A stretch of 57,456 nucleotides of DNA from positions 1 through 57,456 of the forward strand of contig CAXHZO010000014.1 in NCBI GenBank assembly GCA_964022095.1. The letters run 5' to 3'. Position numbers and translations under genes: made by a program. Shown piece after piece: positions 37,338 to 47,780 of this stretch; within the stretch, counting starts at the first letter, position 1, and every line of letters begins with the position of its first letter. This DNA comes from an uncultured Arcobacteraceae bacterium (GTDB lineage: Bacteria; Campylobacterota; Campylobacteria; Campylobacterales; Arcobacteraceae). A model generated the notes under the pieces. The model made no database searches and was not told the origin of the DNA. It worked only from the letters and a program-made list of their open reading frames with translations.

Positions 37338-37961
37338 CTATCTTATTTTTTCTAGTGCTTCTAAGCAAAGTTGAGTAATTTTATCAAACTTTTTATCTTT
37401 TAATAAATCTTTGGGAACAATCCAACTTCCACCGATGCATAAAACATTTTCAAGCTCTAAAAACTCATTCATATTATCTAAACTAACTCCACCAGTAGGA
37501 CAGAACTTCACTTTAGGAAATGGCCCACCAAAAGCTTTTAATATTTTTGTTCCACCTACTATTGAAGCTGGGAAGAGTTTACAAAAGAAAACATCATAAT
37601 TTTGTGCAAGCATAACTTCACTTGCAGTTGAAACTCCCGGTATTATAGTGATTCCATGGATATGAGAAGCCTCCAATAATTCATGGGAAATCCCAGGAGA
37701 AAAAACAAATTTTGCTCCAGCTTGTTTTGCTTTTACTAAATCAAACTCATTACATACCGTACCTGCTCCAATATTCATTTCGGGAACTTCTTTTGATATA
37801 AGCTCAATTGCTTTTATTCCAGCACTAGTTCTTAAAGTAACTTCCATAATATCAATTCCACCTGCAAGTAATGCTTTTGCTAAATCAACTGCATCATTTT
37901 CATCATCAATTACAACAACAGGAACAATAGGTGATAAACCAATTATCTTATCAATACTCAT
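37338..37961 (-). CDS. eda: KDPG aldolase
   Basis: EVTLRT, GAGTV, SPG, KLFPA, FCPTGGV, GGSW. Confidence 0.97.
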   Translation of the reverse strand: MSIDKIIGLSPIVPVVVIDDENDAVDLAKALLAGGIDIMEVTLRTSAGIKAIELISKEVPEMNIGAGTVCNEFDLVKAKQAGAKFVFSPGISHELLEASHIHGITIIPGVSTASEVMLAQNYDVFFCKLFPASIVGGTKILKAFGGPFPKVKFCPTGGVSLDNMNEFLELENVLCIGGSWIVPKDLLKDKKFDKITQLCLEALEKIR

Positions 37962-39781
37962 GATCTCTCCTTTCCAACCAAATCAAATACACTAGCACCC
38001 TCTTCTGCACTTCCTACATTTTGTCTAATGGAACTAAATAACTCTCTACCTAATCCATGTTTATTATCTTCAAAACTTAAGCTCGATTTCTTTCTTTTGT
38101 TTATTTTTTCTTCATCAACTAAAAGTTCTAATTTACCATTTTTAATATCCATTTCAATTAGATCTCCATTTTTTACTTTTGAAATCAATCCATTATCGCT
38201 CGCTTCTGGAGTTAAATGAATTGCACTAGCAACTTTTCCTGAAGCTCCTGACATTCTACCATCAGTTAAAATAGCTACTTTAAAACCTTTATCTTGTAAT
38301 AATCCTAAAGGTGGCATTAGTTTATGAAGTTCTGGCATACCATTTGATTTTGGACCTTGAAATCTTACAATTGCAATAAAATTCTTTTCAAGTTCACCAC
38401 TTTCAAAGGCACTTTGAAGCTCTTCTTGAGATTCAAATACCATTGCTTTTTCCTTAAAATACATCTTATCTTCTTTTAGTGAAGAGGTTTTAATAACACA
38501 TCTTCCTAAATTACCAGTTAATAACTTTAATCCACCCTCTTTTTGAAATGGCTCATTTACTGTTGAAATCACATCATCATTTCTTGAAATTTTAGGACCT
38601 TTTTGAAAGTACACCATATTATTATTACCAATTGTTGGCTCAACAATATAATTATCTAAACCTTTTCCTACAATTGTTTGAACGTCATTATGAACTAAGC
38701 CTGCTTTTAATAATTCACTTATAACTACACTCATACCACCAGCTTCTCTAAAAGCATTCACATCTGCACTACCATTAGGATACATTTTACATAATAGTGG
38801 CGTTACTTTAGAAATTGCATCAAAATCATCCCATGTAAGTATAATTCCAGCTGCTCTTGCCATTGCAATTAGATGTATTGTATGATTTGAAGAACCTCCA
38901 GTTGCCATAAGACCAACAATAGCATTTACAAAACTTTTTTCATCTACAATATTACTAATAGAGATTTTTTCTTGTGTTAGTTGAAGTAAAATTTTTACTG
39001 CTTTTTTCGTCAGTAATTCCCTAAGAGGTGTATTTGTATTTATAAAAGAACTATTTGGAAGTTGTAAGCCCATCATCTCTAAGAGCATTTGATTTGAATT
39101 AGCAGTTCCATAAAAAGTACAAGTACCACTACTGTGATATGAACTAGACTCTGCTTTAAATAAGGCATCTTTACTTACTTTTCCAGCTGCAAAATCTTGT
39201 CTAACTTTTGCTTTTTGAGAATTTGAAATCCCTGAACCCATTGGTCCTGCTGGTACAAATATACTAGGAAGATGTCCAAATGTAAGTGCAGAAATTACAA
39301 GTCCTGGAACAATTTTGTCACAAATACCTAAATAAAATACTCCATCATAAACATTATGTGAAAGTCCAATAGCACTTCCCATTGCAATATTATCTCTACT
39401 AAATAAGCTTAATTCCATACCAGTTTGCCCCTGTGTAATTCCATCACACATAGCAGGAACTCCTGAAGAAACTTGTGCAGTTGAACCTAAATCCATTAAT
39501 GCTCTTTTGATTAAAGAAGGATAAACACTATATGGTTCATGGGCTGAGAGCATATCATTATAAGCTGTAATTATTGCCATATTAGATGCATCAAATTGTG
39601 TTAAAGTCTCTTTTTCATACTTATTCATTGGTGCAATTGCATGGGCTAAATTACTACATCCTATATTGTTTCTATTTATACCTTTGTTTTTTTGTTGAGT
39701 AACTCTATTTAAATATATTTTTCTACTTTTAGCAGAACGCTGTATTATATTATCAGTAACTTCTTTTATTGTATTGTTCAT
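37958..39781 (-). CDS. edd: Phosphogluconate dehydratase
   Basis: CSNLAH, YNDMLSAH, PAMCDG, CDKIVPG, GTCTFYGTANSNQM, GMPELH, TDGRMSGASG. Confidence 0.98.
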   Translation of the reverse strand: MNNTIKEVTDNIIQRSAKSRKIYLNRVTQQKNKGINRNNIGCSNLAHAIAPMNKYEKETLTQFDASNMAIITAYNDMLSAHEPYSVYPSLIKRALMDLGSTAQVSSGVPAMCDGITQGQTGMELSLFSRDNIAMGSAIGLSHNVYDGVFYLGICDKIVPGLVISALTFGHLPSIFVPAGPMGSGISNSQKAKVRQDFAAGKVSKDALFKAESSSYHSSGTCTFYGTANSNQMLLEMMGLQLPNSSFINTNTPLRELLTKKAVKILLQLTQEKISISNIVDEKSFVNAIVGLMATGGSSNHTIHLIAMARAAGIILTWDDFDAISKVTPLLCKMYPNGSADVNAFREAGGMSVVISELLKAGLVHNDVQTIVGKGLDNYIVEPTIGNNNMVYFQKGPKISRNDDVISTVNEPFQKEGGLKLLTGNLGRCVIKTSSLKEDKMYFKEKAMVFESQEELQSAFESGELEKNFIAIVRFQGPKSNGMPELHKLMPPLGLLQDKGFKVAILTDGRMSGASGKVASAIHLTPEASDNGLISKVKNGDLIEMDIKNGKLELLVDEEKINKRKKSSLSFEDNKHGLGRELFSSIRQNVGSAEEGASVFDLVGKERS

Positions 39782-40419
39782 GTGTGATATACCTCCACTT
39801 GAATCTCTTTGTCATTTAAAACTGCACTAATTGGCATATTATAAATGTCACTATTACTTAAAGCTTTTTGTAAAACTTCAAATTTTTCAGTTCCTTCTAT
39901 ATGCAAAAATAAATTTTTACTTTTTTTAATAGCATATAAAGTAGAACTAACTCTATCATAAGCAGCACTACTGGGAGTGATATTTATTGTTAAATCACTT
40001 GTAGTATAAGCCTCTTTTAGTTTCTCATTGTTTGGGAAAAGTGAAGCTGTATGAGAATCTCCTCCCATTCCTAAAATAGTAATATCAAAAGGGAAAAGTT
40101 CTTTTTGATTCTCCATATTTACAAAAATAGCTTCACTTGCCTTATTTTGTAAGAAATATTTTCTAACTAAATTTTCATTACTATTTGGATTTGTTGTTTC
40201 TACAACTCTTTCATCTACCAAACCAATTTTTACTTTACTCCAATTTAAACTAGAAATTGAAAGTTTTTCAAATAGTTTCTTAGGAGTAGATCCTCCTGAT
40301 ACAATAATTGAGGCAAAGCCTTTTTGTAAAATTTCTTTATGTAATATTTCAACAATTTTTGAAGACAAACTTTCAATCAAGTCCTCACTATTATCAAACC
40401 TTATTAAGCTACTACTCAT
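39778..40419 (-). CDS. pgl: 6-phosphogluconolactonase
   Basis: SGGSTP, VDER, SN, LGMG.D.HTASLFP. Start is ATG 40419 or 40422, overlapping the zwf stop. Confidence 0.95.
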   Translation of the reverse strand: MSSSLIRFDNSEDLIESLSSKIVEILHKEILQKGFASIIVSGGSTPKKLFEKLSISSLNWSKVKIGLVDERVVETTNPNSNENLVRKYFLQNKASEAIFVNMENQKELFPFDITILGMGGDSHTASLFPNNEKLKEAYTTSDLTINITPSSAAYDRVSSTLYAIKKSKNLFLHIEGTEKFEVLQKALSNSDIYNMPISAVLNDKEIQVEVYHT

Positions 40420-41875
40420 CATTCCAACTCCTACCATCTTGAGCAACCAATTGAACAGCTGCTGATGGTCCAGAAGATCCTGATGTGTATGTTTTCATAG
40501 GTGTTAAGTTTTCACTCCAACCTTCAATAATTTTATCAGCCCATTTCCAAGCTGCTTCAACCTCATCAAGTCTCATAAATAGTGTAGGATTAGCTCTAAT
40601 TACATCTAAAATCAATCTCTCATAAGCATCTGGTTTTCTTTCATAAGTGTGAGGTAAGTTTAACTCTAATTCAACTGGTTGAAGCTTCATTGACTCACTT
40701 AAACCTGGGGTTTTATTCATAAGTTTTAGCTCAATACTCTCTTTTGGTTGAAGAGTAATCACTAATTTATTAGCTGCAATATTTGTATTTTCTTTAGAGA
40801 ATATTGAGTGTGGCATATCTTTAAATTGAATTACAATTTCAGAGTTTCTACCTTGAAGTCTTTTCCCACTTCTAATATAAAAAGGAACACCATTCCATCT
40901 GAAATTATCAATATCAACTCTAATTGCTGCATAAGTTTCAGTATCACTTTGTTCAAGATTTAAATCTTCTAAATAGCCCTTTACCGCTTCACCATTGGAT
41001 GAGCCATCTTTATATTGTGCTCTTACACTATTTTTTGCAATACTTGATGCATCCATATGCCTAATTGAGCGTAAAACCTTTACCTTTTCATCTCTCACAC
41101 TGTTTGCCTCTAAAGAACAAGGTGGCTCCATAGCTACTAAACATAGAAGTTGCATTAAGTGATTTTGAATCATATCCCTTAAAGCACCATAATCATTATA
41201 GTAACCTCCCCTTCCTTCAACACCAACACTTTCTGCAACTGTAATTTGAACATGATCAATTGATGAACTATCCCATAAAGGCATAAACATTCTGTTTGAA
41301 AACCTTAAAGCCATGATATTTTGAACAGTATCTTTTCCTAAATAATGATCAATTCTATATATTTGATTTTCATCAAAATACTCTAATACTTTATTATTGA
41401 TTTTTCTTGATGAGTTTAAGTCTTTACCAAGTGGTTTTTCTAATACAACCCTTGAGTTTTCAGTAATTAAATCCCATTCATGTAATGCCTGACAAATAGT
41501 TCCAAAAAAATCTGGTGAAGTAGAAAGATAATTAATTCTTTCTCTATTATTGTGTAAATCTAAACTCTTTTTTAATACTTCATAATCATTTAAATCAGAG
41601 AAGTCAACTTTTACAAAAACTAATTGTTTTTGAAACTTGTCAAAAAACTCATCATTAAAATCATCATTTACTAAAAACTCTTTTAGTTTCTCTTTGACTA
41701 AATTTATATGTTCTACTTGAGAAATATCTCTTCTTGAAACAGTAATTATTCTACTATTATCATCTAAATAATTATCCATACTTAAATGATAAAGTGCTGG
41801 CATTAGTTTTCTAAATGCTAAATCCCCATGTCCTCCAAATAAAATAAAGTCACATAGCTTGTTTTTGGTACTCAT
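40412..41875 (-). CDS. zwf: Glucose-6-phosphate 1-dehydrogenase
   Basis: G..GDLA.RKL, EKPLG, RIDHYLGK, DMIQNHL, RW.GVPF. Confidence 0.98.
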   Translation of the reverse strand: MSTKNKLCDFILFGGHGDLAFRKLMPALYHLSMDNYLDDNSRIITVSRRDISQVEHINLVKEKLKEFLVNDDFNDEFFDKFQKQLVFVKVDFSDLNDYEVLKKSLDLHNNRERINYLSTSPDFFGTICQALHEWDLITENSRVVLEKPLGKDLNSSRKINNKVLEYFDENQIYRIDHYLGKDTVQNIMALRFSNRMFMPLWDSSSIDHVQITVAESVGVEGRGGYYNDYGALRDMIQNHLMQLLCLVAMEPPCSLEANSVRDEKVKVLRSIRHMDASSIAKNSVRAQYKDGSSNGEAVKGYLEDLNLEQSDTETYAAIRVDIDNFRWNGVPFYIRSGKRLQGRNSEIVIQFKDMPHSIFSKENTNIAANKLVITLQPKESIELKLMNKTPGLSESMKLQPVELELNLPHTYERKPDAYERLILDVIRANPTLFMRLDEVEAAWKWADKIIEGWSENLTPMKTYTSGSSGPSAAVQLVAQDGRSWNDE

Positions 41876-41887
41876 AATTTTTACCTT

Positions 41888-43645
41888 TTAAACTTTTCCT
41901 TTTAACCACATAATTTGATATGGATTAACAACAAACTCTGTTGTTTGTTCAATTTCTGGGTCACTAAACTCTCCACAATTTGTTGATAATAAATCACATA
42001 ATGGAAGATTAATATCTTCTGGTAACTTGCAAGTTACAGGTTCATTTGAAAAATTATGAATTGCAATTATTCTTTCAACATCTTTGCAACATCTATTATC
42101 AATTACAAAAAGTCTTTCATCTAATTCTAAAAACTCAAATTTACCAAAGGGATTAAAAGCCTCTTCATGTGTTCTAATAGAGATTAATCTTTTATAAGAA
42201 TCAAAAACACTCTTAGGAAGACTTCCTAAAGTATTAAGTTCATTTTCTAACCAATCAATATTATATTTTTCTCTATTTATTGTTCTGTTTTTACCTGAGT
42301 GTTTAACTCCATCTAAATAATTTCTTGACCCAACTAATGAGTGAAAATAAATACCTGGAACACCAGGCATCGATAAAACAGCTGCTTGAGTTACAAGTAA
42401 TCTTTTTATTCTAATAGAATCATCTTCATTTGGATGAGATAAAGCATCTATATAAGAACAGTTTAATTCATAAGGAGTTTTTGTTCCATCAGCTTCTGCT
42501 CTAAAAGAAACTAAACCACCATGCTCTTGAACTTTTTCAACCATATAGTTAACTTCATTTTCTTCTAAAATTCCATTAATTGGTCTAAGACCAATTCCAT
42601 CATGACTAGCTGTAAAGTTAAAGAAACATACCTTATCACTAGGTAAAGTCAAAGTCTTAGCCCACTTAGTCAATGTTTTTGTATTTTCATGCATAATTGA
42701 ATGAACTAAAAGTGGAGGAAGGGCAAAGTTATAAACCATTTGTGCTTCATCATCACCACTACCAAAGTATGAAACATTTTCATGGTGGGGTACATTTGTT
42801 TCAGTTATAATAATAACCTCAGGTGCTACTTCATGAAGAACCTCTCTCATTAATTGTATTAATTCATGAGTTTGAGGTAAATGAACACACTGTGTTCCTA
42901 ACTCTTTCCAAATAAATGCAATTGCATCAAGTCTAATTAGTGTTGCACCTTTTTCAATATAATAAAACAGTGCATCAAGAACATTTCTTAATACCCTATG
43001 ACTTTTATAGTTTAAGTCAACTTGATCTTTACTAAATGTTGTCCAAATATTATGAATCTTGCCATTATCAGCGACAAACTCACTTAAAAGAGGTGTTGCT
43101 CTTGGTCTAACAACATTGCTTAAATCAATACTTGGGTCCATATCAATAAAGAAATCTTGAAAATAAGGATCTCCACTTAAATATGCTTTGAACCAATCAG
43201 AGAATTGAGAAATATGGTTAATTACACCATCAACCATTAATCTATACTCTTTACTTATCTCTTCTATTTCTCTCCATGAACCCATATGAGGATCAACTGC
43301 ACCATAATTTACAACTGAAAATCCATCATCTGAAGAGTATGGATAAAATGGTAAAATATGAATAGAGTTTATAACACCTTTTAAGTGGTCATCCATAAAT
43401 TTTTTCAAAGTTGATAATGATGCCTCATGCTCTTTATTTACTTGATCACCATAAGTAATCATAATTACATCTTTTTGACTTAAATGATATTCTTGTGATT
43501 TTACTCTAGATTTATATTTAAAGATTAAGTCTATAATATCATTAACTGCACACTCTGCAATAACAGGAGGGTAAAGTCTATATAATCTTTTACTTATTGT
43601 ATGTTCTGGATCAGATATATGTTTTGTTGTTTTTTTCATACTCAT
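41888..43645 (-). CDS. GH13_18 sugar phosphorylase, probably glucosylglycerate phosphorylase
   Basis: ITYGD, HILPF.P.SSDDGF, WTTFS.DQ.DLN, RLDAIAF (nucleophile), TETNVP (acid/base), ASHDGIG, PYELN; context with gpgS/gpgP and glycerate kinase. Confidence 0.88.
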   Translation of the reverse strand: MSMKKTTKHISDPEHTISKRLYRLYPPVIAECAVNDIIDLIFKYKSRVKSQEYHLSQKDVIMITYGDQVNKEHEASLSTLKKFMDDHLKGVINSIHILPFYPYSSDDGFSVVNYGAVDPHMGSWREIEEISKEYRLMVDGVINHISQFSDWFKAYLSGDPYFQDFFIDMDPSIDLSNVVRPRATPLLSEFVADNGKIHNIWTTFSKDQVDLNYKSHRVLRNVLDALFYYIEKGATLIRLDAIAFIWKELGTQCVHLPQTHELIQLMREVLHEVAPEVIIITETNVPHHENVSYFGSGDDEAQMVYNFALPPLLVHSIMHENTKTLTKWAKTLTLPSDKVCFFNFTASHDGIGLRPINGILEENEVNYMVEKVQEHGGLVSFRAEADGTKTPYELNCSYIDALSHPNEDDSIRIKRLLVTQAAVLSMPGVPGIYFHSLVGSRNYLDGVKHSGKNRTINREKYNIDWLENELNTLGSLPKSVFDSYKRLISIRTHEEAFNPFGKFEFLELDERLFVIDNRCCKDVERIIAIHNFSNEPVTCKLPEDINLPLCDLLSTNCGEFSDPEIEQTTEFVVNPYQIMWLKGKV

Positions 43646-44853
43646 TGGTTATCTTCCTTTACATATTGTTTAAATTTATCAGAGAAATCTGGCATTACAG
43701 ACCTTACAGTAATCCATGGTGACATAGAAGGAACACCCATTGGATCATCATAAAATTCATCTGCTGCTTCTTTAATCGCTTCAACAAATGCTTCAACAGT
43801 TTTAATCTCATTTTCTCTATTATAATTTAAGCCATTTAATTTACTTAAAGCATTATATTTTGAAATTTCAAATCTTGATTCTTGTAAATAAGTTGCAAGA
43901 AGTGTTTTAAAAGATTGTACAGAGAAAATAACACCCTCTTGAGCCATAATTCTAAACATAGTTTTAGCAATATCATTTGCCATTTTGTAAATTCCACCAC
44001 CACTATTTTGACTTCCTAGTTCTTGGTGTTTGTGCTCATAACTCTCCATAATTTCAGTTTGACATATTCTTCTATTTGAAGTGTTTTTATAAACATCACT
44101 TAGTGTTGAAACTTCTAGTCCCCATGTAGGCGAAATACCAAGTCCTCTTCCTAAACTTCTAATAAATGAAAACTCTCCAGAAAGTGCATATCTAAAACTT
44201 TCCATATAATCTAAATATCTACTAGTACCATATACTTTTTTAAGTGAGTTAATAAGTGGTGTGTATAATAATCTTGTAGCTCTACCATGAAGTTTATCTG
44301 TAACCCTTGAGTAGTAACCTTTATTAAATTCTAAATCTAGTGCTGGATGAACAATTGGATAAAACAATCTTGCAGGAACTTCTCTTGTATAAGTTACAAT
44401 ATCACAGTCATGTAAAGCAAATGCATAAGCATCTTTATCAGTTAAACCATAACCTAACATTGTCCATACATTTCTTCCTTTACCTGGTGTATCAAGTCCA
44501 GGAAAGCCCTCTTTTGTTAGATCATTATATAGCTCTTTTATTTTAGGACCATCATTCCATAAAACTTCAACATCACAAGGAAGAACAGACATTAATTTTT
44601 TAACTTCTTCAAACTGTTCTTTAGTTGCTTGATCTAAACCTAATATGATTTTATAAAGATACTTAACATTTTTTAACTCTTCAATAATATTATGCATTGC
44701 AGGGGTTTCAAATTCTGAATAAAGTGCAGGTAAAAGAAGAACCATTTTTCTTCTTTTTGCAAACTCTTCAAGCTCCTTTTCCATATCATCTAAACTTCTA
44801 TTACCTAAGTCTTGAAGTGTTGTAATTACTCCGTTTTGAAAAAAATCAGCCAT
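43642..44853 (-). CDS. gpgS: Glucosyl-3-phosphoglycerate synthase-like glycosyltransferase
   Basis: MADFFQNG, LP.LYSE, GKGRNVW, LHDCDI (DxD), KGYY, GR.TRL, YALSGEF, WGLEV, HKHQ. Confidence 0.85.
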   Translation of the reverse strand: MADFFQNGVITTLQDLGNRSLDDMEKELEEFAKRRKMVLLLPALYSEFETPAMHNIIEELKNVKYLYKIILGLDQATKEQFEEVKKLMSVLPCDVEVLWNDGPKIKELYNDLTKEGFPGLDTPGKGRNVWTMLGYGLTDKDAYAFALHDCDIVTYTREVPARLFYPIVHPALDLEFNKGYYSRVTDKLHGRATRLLYTPLINSLKKVYGTSRYLDYMESFRYALSGEFSFIRSLGRGLGISPTWGLEVSTLSDVYKNTSNRRICQTEIMESYEHKHQELGSQNSGGGIYKMANDIAKTMFRIMAQEGVIFSVQSFKTLLATYLQESRFEISKYNALSKLNGLNYNRENEIKTVEAFVEAIKEAADEFYDDPMGVPSMSPWITVRSVMPDFSDKFKQYVKEDNQ

Positions 44854-44854
44854 T

Positions 44855-46012
44855 TTATTTATCCTTTAAAACTATTATAAAATCCATTACATTTGTACCT
44901 GTAATGCCTATTGTAAAGTCATATCCTAGTTTTTTAAAAAAACTATTACTATCACTATTATCTAAATACTGTTTTGCATCTAGATTTAACTTTTTAACTT
45001 TTTCATAGATTTTATTATCTACAAAAGCACCAGTAGAATCATTATTACCGTCAATTCCATCACTTCCTGCACAAAGCAGTGATATTTTTTCATTCACAAC
45101 ATTTTGTAAAAGTAATCTTAGTGCTAGTTCCTGATTTCTTCCACCTTTTCCATTTCCTTTAGGAATAGTAGTTGTCTCTCCTCCAAAAAGTAAACAAAAA
45201 GATTCATATTTTTCGTCATATTTCTTTATTGTTTTAGTTATAAACTTTGTTGCATCAACTGAGGGTTTATCTAAAGTTGTGGTAATAATTTTTGTTTTTT
45301 CAACTTTTGATTTAACAAACCTCTTAGCAGCTTTTAGTGCTATTTCATTATTTCCAATAATATGATGCTTAAATTTACCATTATTCATAGGAGCTGAACC
45401 AATAGTATTTATATCATCACCAATTACATCACTTAAAACTAATACTTGTCCCTTTGTTGCACTAATTGTATTTGCTAGTTTTCCACCTTTGATTTGAGAA
45501 ATTGATTTTCTAACACTATTTAAAGCTTTAATATCAATTCCACTTGTAAGTAATGCTTGAGAAATTTTTGTAAAATCATCTAAACTCAATCCTTCAATTG
45601 GTTTTTCAATAACAGCAGAAGCTCCTCCTGATAAAAAGAAGAGAAAATAATCATTTTTTTTGAGTTTATTTACATTATTTAAAAGTTTATCTGCAGCTTT
45701 AATACTTCTTTTACTAACAATTGGGTGTGTTGAAGTATAGTGTTTTATATACTTTAGCTTTCCCTTTGAAGTTGAAATTGCAACGCCACCTTTAATTTTA
45801 TTACCTAAAATATTTTCACACTCTTTAGCCATTGAAAATCCAGCTTTTCCAACACTAAAAATATATAGATTATCGATAGTTTTAAGATCTAATGTTTCAT
45901 TAATGATTTTTAATCTATTTCCATTTAAAGAGATATTATCTCTTACTATACTTTTTGCTTTTACTTTATTTAATGCTTTAAAATAAATTTTTTCTAATAA
46001 CTCTTTAGACAT
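44855..46012 (-). CDS. Glycerate kinase, MOFRL/DUF4147 family
   Basis: GKA, HP, LSGGASA, S.IKGG.L, SDVIGD, GGETT, GGRNQE, SDGIDG, TGTNVMD. Confidence 0.93.
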   Translation of the reverse strand: MSKELLEKIYFKALNKVKAKSIVRDNISLNGNRLKIINETLDLKTIDNLYIFSVGKAGFSMAKECENILGNKIKGGVAISTSKGKLKYIKHYTSTHPIVSKRSIKAADKLLNNVNKLKKNDYFLFFLSGGASAVIEKPIEGLSLDDFTKISQALLTSGIDIKALNSVRKSISQIKGGKLANTISATKGQVLVLSDVIGDDINTIGSAPMNNGKFKHHIIGNNEIALKAAKRFVKSKVEKTKIITTTLDKPSVDATKFITKTIKKYDEKYESFCLLFGGETTTIPKGNGKGGRNQELALRLLLQNVVNEKISLLCAGSDGIDGNNDSTGAFVDNKIYEKVKKLNLDAKQYLDNSDSNSFFKKLGYDFTIGITGTNVMDFIIVLKDK

Positions 46013-46799
46013 TTTTTAACACCATTTCATTCCAACCTTTCGCACCTTTAAAAGTTGATTTTTGAATATCTTTTGTAGTAAAATCTACATATTCATCATT
46101 ATGATTTTTAATGATTATTGGCAAATCAACTTCTTCAAACATTGCAATATCATTCTCTCCATCACCTAAACCAATAGATATAAGCTTATCATTATAAAGT
46201 TTCTCAAAAATTTCAATAGCTTTTTTAATAGCCATTCCTTTATCTTGATTTTCTCCCATTAAATGATAAAATCTACCACCTTTTGTAATTTTGATTCCAT
46301 ATTTCTTAGCTTCTAATTTAAGTTTTTCAATTAAACTCTCATCTTCAATAATAAAAGGCTCAGTAAAGCCTCTTAATTTTGATAATTCACTTTTTTGTTT
46401 AGATAATCCTGTGTGTAAGCTAACTTCTTCAATACTCATATCACTAAAGCCTTTGATTTTATAACTATCTTTAAACATATTATAAAAATCTAGAATTTCA
46501 TTATATGTTTTTCCTAAAGTATAAATATAATAGTTTTCTAGTTCATCTAAAGAAGATAAATCAAAATTATTATAGTTTTTAGGAAAATAAATTGCAGCAC
46601 CATTTTCGATGATAAAAGGCTCAGTAATTCCTACATCATTTTGAAGTAGTTCAACCTCTGTTTTAGTTTTACTAGTATTAAAGATAAGTGGTATTTTTTT
46701 ATTTAAAAGCACTTGTCTAGCTTCTTTTGATTCGGCAAAAGAGTAGTTATCATGATTCAAAAAAGTTCCATCTAAATCTGTAAATATTAACGTATTCAT
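46005..46799 (-). CDS. HAD-IIB glucosyl/mannosyl-3-phosphoglycerate phosphatase
   Basis: FTDLDGT, TSKT..E, ENGA, R.FTEP, GGRFYH, DKG, GDGEND, GW. Confidence 0.9.
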   Translation of the reverse strand: MNTLIFTDLDGTFLNHDNYSFAESKEARQVLLNKKIPLIFNTSKTKTEVELLQNDVGITEPFIIENGAAIYFPKNYNNFDLSSLDELENYYIYTLGKTYNEILDFYNMFKDSYKIKGFSDMSIEEVSLHTGLSKQKSELSKLRGFTEPFIIEDESLIEKLKLEAKKYGIKITKGGRFYHLMGENQDKGMAIKKAIEIFEKLYNDKLISIGLGDGENDIAMFEEVDLPIIIKNHNDEYVDFTTKDIQKSTFKGAKGWNEMVLKNV

Positions 46800-46940
46800 A
46801 ATTTATGATAGCATTTAATAAACAAAATTCCAAATTGTATATGTATATAAAATATACACATATTTCAATATGTAATATTTTTATTATTAAAAAAGATTTT
46901 TGTGCTAAAATATATCATTAAATAAATATGGGAATTAATT

Positions 46941-47750
46941 ATGAGTATTATAAAAAACGATTTTGAGAAAATGAATATTACTAAAATTAGAAATGCTAAG
47001 AATAATAAAAAACTAACAATGATTACTGCATATGATGCACTATTTTCTAAACTGTTTTCACAAATAGCAGATATGATACTTGTTGGAGATAGTTTAAATA
47101 TGAGCTTTGCTGGCAAACCTGACACACTATCTGCAACACTTGATCAAATGATATATCATACAAATGCAGTTTGTGCTGGTGCTCCTAGTGCTTTTGTAAT
47201 TTTAGATATGCCTTTTGGAACATATAATAATGAAAATGAAGCTTTAGCTAATGCAATTAAAGTATATCAAGAAACAAATGCAGCTGCAGTTAAGATTGAA
47301 GGTGGAGAAGATAGAGCTCATATTATAAAGCATCTAACATCTAACTCAATTGCAGTTATGGGACATATTGGATTAATGCCACAATATGTAAGAAGCGAAG
47401 GTGGATATAAAGTTAGAGGGAAAACAAAACAAGATGAAGAACAACTAATTGCTGATGCAATTGCCGTTGAAAAAGCTGGGGCTTTTGCTATAGTTGTTGA
47501 AGGTGTTATGAGTGATGTAGCTAAAAAAATCACTGATGCAGTTGATGTTCCTATAATTGGAATTGGAGCAGGAAACGTAACAGATGGTCAAGTTTTAGTT
47601 TGGTCTGATATGTTAGGTTTCTTTGAAGATTTTAAACCTAAATTCGTAAGACACTATTTAAATGGCGCGCAGCTTGTAAAAGATGCTGTTAATCAATATA
47701 GAGAAGATGTACAAGATAAATCATTTCCGTCAAAAGATGAAGAGTACTAG
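46941..47750 (+). CDS. panB: 3-methyl-2-oxobutanoate hydroxymethyltransferase
   Basis: TAYD, LVGDS, DMPF, KIEGG, GHIGLMPQ, GIGAG, DGQVLV. Confidence 0.98.
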   Translation: MSIIKNDFEKMNITKIRNAKNNKKLTMITAYDALFSKLFSQIADMILVGDSLNMSFAGKPDTLSATLDQMIYHTNAVCAGAPSAFVILDMPFGTYNNENEALANAIKVYQETNAAAVKIEGGEDRAHIIKHLTSNSIAVMGHIGLMPQYVRSEGGYKVRGKTKQDEEQLIADAIAVEKAGAFAIVVEGVMSDVAKKITDAVDVPIIGIGAGNVTDGQVLVWSDMLGFFEDFKPKFVRHYLNGAQLVKDAVNQYREDVQDKSFPSKDEEY

Positions 47751-47780
47751 AATGTTTAAATTTAAAGGAACACTTTAAAG

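Noticed and set aside
47761-47779. TTTAAAG-GAACA-CTTTAAA hairpin over the ruvB RBS
   Set aside because: A 7-bp, almost all-AT stem is expected by chance in this genome.
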